Shown here: positions 35,163 to 41,117 of the stretch, in pieces
Numbering within the stretch: the first letter of the stretch is position 1
Layout: each line of letters starts with the position of its first letter
Assembly (NCBI GenBank): GCA_021160355.1
Contig: JAGHCS010000123.1
Location: 1-41,117, forward strand
Length of the DNA: 41,117 nucleotides
From: Candidatus Cloacimonadota bacterium
Lineage (GTDB): Bacteria > Cloacimonadota > Cloacimonadia > JGIOTU-2
Direction: 5' to 3'
Program-made: the position numbers and the translations under genes
Notes under the pieces: generated by a model
The model's input: the letters and a program-made list of their open reading frames with translations, nothing else
Database searches by the model: none
What the model was told of the DNA's origin: nothing

Positions 35163-37646
35163 ATGGAATATCCATTTAGAAAGATCGAAACAAAGTGGCA
35201 GAAGATTTGGGAAAAGAATCGCACCTTTTATGTTGATATGGATGACCCAAGGGAGAAATTTTATCTCTTATCAATGTTTCCATATCCCTCCGGCGTGCTT
35301 CATATGGGGCATGTATCCAATTACTCAATTGCAGACGCCATCGCACGTTATAAGATCATGAATGGATACAAAGTGCTCCAGCCGATGGGGTATGATAGTT
35401 TTGGAATGCCCGCAGAAAACTGTGCGATCGAGAACCATTCTCATCCCGAGATCACGACCCATGAGAATATAGATAAAATGCGCAAGCAGTTCAAAATGGT
35501 CGGTTTTGGTTATGATTGGGATCGAGAAGTGATCACCTGCGATGCTGATTATTATAAGTGGAATCAGTGGTTTTTCCTGAAAATGTATGAAATGGGGCTG
35601 GTGTATAAGAAATCCTCATATGTAAACTGGTGCCCGAGCTGCCAAACCGTGCTTGCAAATGAGCAGGCAGAAGGCGGCATCTGCTGGCGATGTGATTCCA
35701 GAGTAGAGCAAAAAGAGATAGAGCAATGGTTTATAAAAATAACAGATTATGCGGAAGAGCTTCTCGACCACTCGAAGCTGAATAACTGGCCTCAACGCGT
35801 TATTACTATGCAGAAGAACTGGATCGGAAAGAGCTACGGCACGCAGATAATATTCAAGATGGTTGATGAAGATATTGAAATTCCAGTATTTACTACACGT
35901 CCGGACACAATATTTGGATGTACATATATGGTTCTGGCAGCAGAACATCCACTAGTAGAGGACTTCTTACAAGATAATCCCCGCGAAGATGAGATTAGAA
36001 AATTTATCAACGGGGTGATCAACGAAGATAAAATAGAACGCACCGCAGAGGACACCGAAAAGATCGGTATGTTTACCGGTAAATATGTGGTAAATCCAGT
36101 GAATTGTGAGAAAATTCCAATCTGGATTGGCAACTATGTTGTCATGGATTATGGAACTGGCGCAGTAATGTGTGTGCCGGCACACGACCAACGTGATTTT
36201 GAATTTGCCCAAAAATATAAACTCCCGATTCGTATCGTCATACAAAATCCGGACAAGACCCTCGAACTGAACTCGATGAAGGAAGCGTATGTTGACGAAG
36301 GTATTCTTGTGAATTCGAGTCCCTTCAATGAGATGGATAATCGCAAAGCCATTCAAAAGATCACAGAATGGATGGAAGAGAAGGGATACGGATACAAAAC
36401 TGTAATTTATCGATTGAGAGATTGGGGAATTTCCAGACAGCGTTACTGGGGAACTCCCATACCGATTGTTTATTGTGATGAATGTGGTGCAGTTACAGTT
36501 CCTGAAGATGATCTTCCGGTTCGTTTGCCGAAAAATGTTGCAGTTGGGAAAACCCGTAAAAATCCACTCCTGTCCGTACCCGAGTTCCTGAACACAACTT
36601 GCCCGAAATGCGGGGGTCCGGCTCAAAGGGAAACAGACACAATGGATACTTTCTTTGATTCGTCCTGGTATTATGCCCGTTTCTGCGATGCGAACAATAA
36701 TAATGTGCCGTTCGAGAAAGCAAAGGCGAACTACTGGCTGCCCGTCGACCAATACATCGGAGGCATTGAGCATGCTTGTATGCATCTTCTGTATGCGCGG
36801 TTCTTTCATAAATTTATGAGAGATATCGGACTGGTCGTGACCGATGAGCCATTTTCGAACCTGCTCACACAAGGCATGGTCACAAAAGACGGTGCGAAGA
36901 TGTCAAAGTCAAAAGGCAATACAGTCGATCCACAAGAATATATCGACAGGTTTGGCTCTGACACCCTGCGTGTTTTCATGCTATTTGCATCTCCGCCAGA
37001 AAAGGATGTTGAGTGGAACGATGAAGGCGTAAAAGGCGCATTCCGTTTCCTGAACAGGATATGGATGCTGTTCAAAGAAAAGCAAGCTTTCCTGAAAAGC
37101 ATTCCGAAGAGCTATACCAAAGAGGTAGAGATGCCTTCTTATGCAAAAGACCTGCGCTATAGCACTCACTTCACCATAAAAAAAGTAACCGAAGATATTC
37201 ACGAAAGGATGCAGTTCAATACGGCGATTGCAGCGATCATGGAGCACCTGAATAACATTTCTGCATTCCAGTGTGATGAAAGCAGCGAAAAGATTATCCA
37301 AGCAGTCTATTATGAAGCGATTGCAGCACTGCCAAAATTACTTCAGCCATTTGCCCCTCATCTTTCTGAAGAAATTTGGGCTATGCTGGGAAATCAAACC
37401 TCAATTCTGGAAACTTCGTGGATTACATACGATGATAAATATCTTATTAAGGACCAGACAACGTATGTGATTCAGATCAATGGAAAACTGCGCAGTAAAA
37501 TCGTTGTGGGACTTGATACGCCTAAGAAAGAAGTCGAAAAAATCGCTCGTGCAGACGAGAAGGTTCTGAAATATACTGAGGGAAAAGAAATCATAAAAAT
37601 AATTATTATTCCTAAGAAATTAGTGAATATTGTCATAAAAGATTAA
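35163..37646 (+). CDS. leuS: Leucine--tRNA ligase
   Basis: 827 aa. HMGH (HIGH-type) motif in PYPSGVLHMGHVSNY, KMSKS motif GAKMSKSKGN, and CP1 editing domain. Confidence 0.95.
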   Translation: MEYPFRKIETKWQKIWEKNRTFYVDMDDPREKFYLLSMFPYPSGVLHMGHVSNYSIADAIARYKIMNGYKVLQPMGYDSFGMPAENCAIENHSHPEITTHENIDKMRKQFKMVGFGYDWDREVITCDADYYKWNQWFFLKMYEMGLVYKKSSYVNWCPSCQTVLANEQAEGGICWRCDSRVEQKEIEQWFIKITDYAEELLDHSKLNNWPQRVITMQKNWIGKSYGTQIIFKMVDEDIEIPVFTTRPDTIFGCTYMVLAAEHPLVEDFLQDNPREDEIRKFINGVINEDKIERTAEDTEKIGMFTGKYVVNPVNCEKIPIWIGNYVVMDYGTGAVMCVPAHDQRDFEFAQKYKLPIRIVIQNPDKTLELNSMKEAYVDEGILVNSSPFNEMDNRKAIQKITEWMEEKGYGYKTVIYRLRDWGISRQRYWGTPIPIVYCDECGAVTVPEDDLPVRLPKNVAVGKTRKNPLLSVPEFLNTTCPKCGGPAQRETDTMDTFFDSSWYYARFCDANNNNVPFEKAKANYWLPVDQYIGGIEHACMHLLYARFFHKFMRDIGLVVTDEPFSNLLTQGMVTKDGAKMSKSKGNTVDPQEYIDRFGSDTLRVFMLFASPPEKDVEWNDEGVKGAFRFLNRIWMLFKEKQAFLKSIPKSYTKEVEMPSYAKDLRYSTHFTIKKVTEDIHERMQFNTAIAAIMEHLNNISAFQCDESSEKIIQAVYYEAIAALPKLLQPFAPHLSEEIWAMLGNQTSILETSWITYDDKYLIKDQTTYVIQINGKLRSKIVVGLDTPKKEVEKIARADEKVLKYTEGKEIIKIIIIPKKLVNIVIKD

Positions 37647-37647
37647 T

Positions 37648-38439
37648 GTGATACTAAAAAAGAAATCGCTCGGACAACATTTTCTCACCGATGAAAATAT
37701 AGCACAAAAAATTGTACGAACTGCCGATGTACAGAAAAGTGATACTGTATGGGAAATAGGACCGGGCAGCGGAGTACTTACTAAAATTCTAATCGAAAAA
37801 TGCAGGCGATTATATGCATTTGAAATTGATGATGAGTGGTATGGTTTTCTTCAATCACAATACGGAAAAACAGGCATTATACTTGTCAATGCCGATATCC
37901 TCGAAGTTGATTTTCAGAAGTTTTTTCATGGAGAAAAAGTAAAGATTGTTGCCAATCTGCCCTACCAGATCACATCACCTGTACTTTTTAAAATTCTTGA
38001 AAACAGAGAAAAGTTTTCAAGCGTTACAGTCATGATACAGGACGAGGTTGCAGACCGCTTGTGTGCGTCACCAGGAAATAAAGAATACGGCATACTCAGC
38101 GTCAAACTGCAACTCTACTTCAGGATACAAAAGAAATTCATAGTCCCACCGCACGTATTTCGTCCTCAACCAAAAGTGCGATCCGCAGTGGTACAACTAA
38201 TTCCCAGACAGGACATTCCTGAAATTATCGATCATTCACAATTGAGGACACTTATCGATGCTGTTTTTAATCATAGAAGAAAAATGCTGAGAGTGACATT
38301 AAAATCATTTCTGCCAGATAGAGAATATGAATTGTTATCAAAATCATCAATAGATCTCACGCGAAGACCTGAAGAATTATCAGTTCAGGAATTCGTTGAG
38401 CTCTCCAATACTATAGAGACTATGAAAAAAGGAGTATAA
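37648..38439 (+). CDS. rsmA: 16S rRNA (adenine1518-N6/adenine1519-N6)-dimethyltransferase
   Basis: GTG start 2 nt after the leuS stop. KKSLGQHFL, VWEIGPGSGVLT, NLPYQITSP. Confidence 0.9.
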   Translation: MILKKKSLGQHFLTDENIAQKIVRTADVQKSDTVWEIGPGSGVLTKILIEKCRRLYAFEIDDEWYGFLQSQYGKTGIILVNADILEVDFQKFFHGEKVKIVANLPYQITSPVLFKILENREKFSSVTVMIQDEVADRLCASPGNKEYGILSVKLQLYFRIQKKFIVPPHVFRPQPKVRSAVVQLIPRQDIPEIIDHSQLRTLIDAVFNHRRKMLRVTLKSFLPDREYELLSKSSIDLTRRPEELSVQEFVELSNTIETMKKGV

Positions 38440-38440
38440 C

Positions 38441-40180
38441 ATGAAAACTTTTTGGAAAGTCGTGCTTTGGATATTTGCGGTGATCGGTTTGTTGATGATA
38501 CTACTGATCATTATACTTGTCAATTCATTTCCGTCAAAACCGAAAGTGAAGGTCCATCAAAACACCTATCTCGAGCTTTCACTTGGTGGATTACATTACG
38601 ATTATAATGAATACGAAGATATTTTCTTTATAAAGGAAGCGTCATCCATAGGGGATATATGTCGAAAAATCGATTGTGCTATGCAGGACTCGCGGATAAA
38701 AGGCATTATCCTAAAACCCCAACTGTATATGGGTGGTTGGGCGCTTACAAAAGAGCTTCATGACAAGCTTCTCGAATTCAAAGAAACAGGGAAAGAACTT
38801 GTTGCCTATATCGATTTTACGTATGATAAGGGTTATTATCTCGCTTCAACCGCAGAAAAGATCTATTTCAATCCGAGTTCTACAGGAGGTATAGTACTAA
38901 GTGGGATTGGACTGGAATTGAACTATTATGAAGGTCTGATGGATAAGATCGGCATAGAAATGACAGTGCTTCATGAAGGAAAATTCAAAGGGACCGGGGA
39001 GATGTATGATAGAAAAACGATGTCTCCGGAATTGGAAGAAGACCTCACCAACATAGTTGATGGACTTTACGAAGTGTATATTGCTGACCTGCAAATGAGC
39101 AGGAATTTAACTAATAAAGACATTACAGCAATTTTTGATGAAAGGGACGAATATTTTCTTTCCGGAAACCAGGCATTAGAAATGGGGCTTGTCGATCATC
39201 TTGGTAATGAACAAGAGTTCAAGGCACTGGTCATGAAGGATGACCCGGTTCTGAAATTCAGTCTTTATGAACCACATAAGACAAAATTCACGTATAATAA
39301 AATCGCAGTGATCTATGCTCAGGGCGGGATCACATTAACTGAAGCAGGATTTCTGGAAGGTAACTATAGAAGGATAACCAAAGACAAAACATTACGCCTG
39401 CTCGACAGGATTGAAAAAATGAAATCCGTAAAAGGATTGGTACTCAGAGTCGATAGCGGCGGGGGTAGTTCAATAATTTCGGACATTATTCTGGATAGAC
39501 TGGAGGAATTAAACAAGAAAATACCTGTCGTGGTTTCAATGGGAAATGTTGCAGCATCAGGGGGATATTGGATTTCCAGTCTTGCAGATTATATTTTTGC
39601 ACAGCCCACTACCATCACGGGTTCCATCGGCGTGGTCAGCATGATCCCGAACTGGCAGCAGCTCAGAGAGTGGGCGGAAGTGAACACATTTCAGATACAA
39701 CGTGGGAAATATGCAAACTTCTTTTCACTGAACTTCGCACCCTCGGCACAAGCCATTTCAGCATTGCAGAAAGACATGCATGAAATTTATGTTGAGTTCA
39801 AAGACCTCGTTGCGCGCGGAAGGCATTTACCGCTCACAGAAGTTGAAGAAATTGCACAAGGCAAGATATGGACAGGCGTGCAAGCGGTTGAAAATGGGCT
39901 TGTTGATGAATTGGGTGGAATGGATCAGGCAATCATAAAAGCTGCTGAGCTTGCTGGGATTGAAGATTATTCTGTGCTTGTAATGCCCAAAAAGAAAACG
40001 CTGATAGACATTATCCTGAATCGTGAGATATCACTCTCCGCAATAACGCTCCTCAAAATATATGGTGCAATGAACAGTAATCCTCTCACGGATAATATTA
40101 CCAAAACACTGGATCTGATAAAGGATGTGCAGCGCGAGCCGATGCAGCTGAGGATACCCTATAAGTTGGAAATCCAATAA
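38441..40180 (+). CDS. sppA: Signal peptide peptidase SppA, 67K type (tandem S49 domains)
   Basis: 579 aa with an N-terminal TM. Two ClpP/crotonase-like repeats, and motif GNVAASGGYWIS in the second. Confidence 0.85.
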   Translation: MKTFWKVVLWIFAVIGLLMILLIIILVNSFPSKPKVKVHQNTYLELSLGGLHYDYNEYEDIFFIKEASSIGDICRKIDCAMQDSRIKGIILKPQLYMGGWALTKELHDKLLEFKETGKELVAYIDFTYDKGYYLASTAEKIYFNPSSTGGIVLSGIGLELNYYEGLMDKIGIEMTVLHEGKFKGTGEMYDRKTMSPELEEDLTNIVDGLYEVYIADLQMSRNLTNKDITAIFDERDEYFLSGNQALEMGLVDHLGNEQEFKALVMKDDPVLKFSLYEPHKTKFTYNKIAVIYAQGGITLTEAGFLEGNYRRITKDKTLRLLDRIEKMKSVKGLVLRVDSGGGSSIISDIILDRLEELNKKIPVVVSMGNVAASGGYWISSLADYIFAQPTTITGSIGVVSMIPNWQQLREWAEVNTFQIQRGKYANFFSLNFAPSAQAISALQKDMHEIYVEFKDLVARGRHLPLTEVEEIAQGKIWTGVQAVENGLVDELGGMDQAIIKAAELAGIEDYSVLVMPKKKTLIDIILNREISLSAITLLKIYGAMNSNPLTDNITKTLDLIKDVQREPMQLRIPYKLEIQ

Positions 40181-40416
40181 ATACGAATCCAGTTTTTTAG
40201 ATAGAACGCAGAAAAAAAATAACCACTCGGCTTCATCTATATCTAATCGAGACTACGCCGTAACAAGCGAAAGACACGAAAACCATGGAAAATTAAAGAA
40301 AAGGACGCTATTTACGCAGGATATAGTGATCATCACGGATTCAGAAAATAGTGAAGAATTAATTCTTTATTATTATAATTCGAGATAATTTGTGTTAATT
40401 AGTGGTCAAACTTCTT

Positions 40417-41117
40417 TTATTTTAATAGGAGAATTTTTCGGGAATTTATGAATTCATCATCACTTACAATATTACAAAAATATATGCCATTTGCTGAAAT
40501 ATTGCCAGACCTATCATGACCTGACCATTTAAAAGTATATGTTCCATTCACAGGTTGTTCGCAATCAAGCTCTGCAACTGTTTGCCCTTTGATATTTGTC
40601 ACAATGCAATGGATTTTCTGTGCGGATTTTCCTGTATGAAAAGAAATATTAACTGATGTTTGAAAGGGGTTTGGAGAAATGTGCAAGGATGAAATCTGCA
40701 GTTGAGGTTCTTCATTGGCACCGGTGATATAGACAATATTTGACTGAACCTCATACTCGCCATCGCTGAAAACTGCCTGAGCATGAGAATTTATCTGTGA
40801 CGCTGGGATAGAGATAGAAAAAAGACTGCCCATGTCATAAGAATGATTTTGTGGAATGAGTTCAAATTCATTATCAAAACTTTGATCTGTTATAAGATTA
40901 TGCACAAGAGGTAGGTTGTTATCCGGGTCTGTGTAGGTAATGAAAAAGGTAACCGAGTCATTATCAGAGCTAAAGGCGAGTTCGGAAAGTTGGGGTGGAG
41001 CATTTGCACCAATAATATTTTCTTTATGAGTGGGATAAAACAGCACAGCCGGAGTGGAGTCATTTATCGTGATAAGCGGATTCAGATTTATCGTGGCAGT
41101 GAGTGCATCCAATGCAA
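40417..41117 (-). CDS. Secreted protein with T9SS/FlgD-Ig-like C-terminal sorting domain, partial (N-terminus outside the window)
   Basis: The frame is open to the window edge; the ORF-track start 41112 is a TTG and the upstream codon is still open. C-terminus reads ISPNPFQTSVNISFH...NGTYTFKWSGHDRSGNISANGIYFCNIV...RKILLLK. Confidence 0.7.
   Translation of the reverse strand, partial: ALDALTATINLNPLITINDSTPAVLFYPTHKENIIGANAPPQLSELAFSSDNDSVTFFITYTDPDNNLPLVHNLITDQSFDNEFELIPQNHSYDMGSLFSISIPASQINSHAQAVFSDGEYEVQSNIVYITGANEEPQLQISSLHISPNPFQTSVNISFHTGKSAQKIHCIVTNIKGQTVAELDCEQPVNGTYTFKWSGHDRSGNISANGIYFCNIVSDDEFINSRKILLLK

Noticed and set aside
35967-36872. Long antisense or alternative-frame ORFs inside strong genes. 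Examples: 301 aa antisense in leuS (35967-36872), 213 aa antisense in prs (29822-30463), 181 aa antisense to tdh/kbl (13980-14525), 135 aa in nfnA (3204-3611), 134 aa in nfnB (4637-5041), 169 aa at 14886-15395.
   Set aside because: Each lies fully within a gene that has unmistakable family motifs on the other strand or frame. Their products are low-complexity or Ser/Cys/Ile-rich without motifs or RBS. These are typical shadow ORFs.
1-41117. Searched by eye for CRISPR-like regularly spaced repeats, tRNA/rRNA-like segments, transposase/integrase genes, toxin-antitoxin pairs and known defence-system genes.
   Set aside because: None found. The only repeat structures are the junction remnants (9445-9671), the TGCA/GTACTTG motifs (9133-9421), the TAY run (31476-31505) and the 20-bp palindrome (34229-34248). 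A covariance-model scan (tRNAscan-SE, Infernal) would be needed to exclude small RNAs.

Overview
AT-rich bacterial chromosomal segment with about 40 protein-coding genes, mostly housekeeping. I recognise no rRNA, tRNA, CRISPR array, transposase or integrase. Two proteins end in T9SS/FlgD-Ig-like C-terminal sorting domains (22429-22533 remnant, 40417-41117), which suggests an FCB-group or Cloacimonadota-like diderm; this is inference only.

Gene content, left to right:
- a truncated 5TM-LytS-type/PAS sensor that the ORF track misses
- ArsR plus an NfnAB-like oxidoreductase pair
- transglutaminase-like protein, a small putative OMP, an MBL hydrolase and a HAD hydrolase
- an accessory three-gene cassette: HTH-EIIA(Ntr-like) fusion, CPA antiporter with CBS pair, stand-alone CBS protein
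- an overlap-coupled femX-murE-acpS-tdh-kbl operon
- cyclophilin, rpsU, cvpA, mutS2
- a long minus-strand housekeeping block: asparaginase-domain protein, ffh, rpe, DUF721, rplI, rpsR, ssb, rpsF, pth, rplY, prs, ispE
- a Wza/Wzc pair plus a lipoprotein
- leuS-rsmA-sppA

The most interesting region is 8987-12947. The convergent HAD/kbl junction is interrupted by two inserts: 356 bp of non-coding DNA, and the 3.2-kb cassette. Between them sits a miniature copy of the 'empty' junction (HAD 3' end, terminator, kbl 3' end). This copy differs from the intact genes mainly at synonymous third positions, which points to horizontal exchange at a recombination hotspot.

Other points of note:
- a TGCA-palindrome-dense non-coding insert
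- a FemX-like transferase coupled to MurE
- a Wzc tail with ten consecutive tyrosines that overlaps ispE by 59 nt
- a collapsed T9SS gene remnant
- a perfect 20-bp palindrome upstream of wza
- an improbable stop-free frame in a very AT-rich spacer
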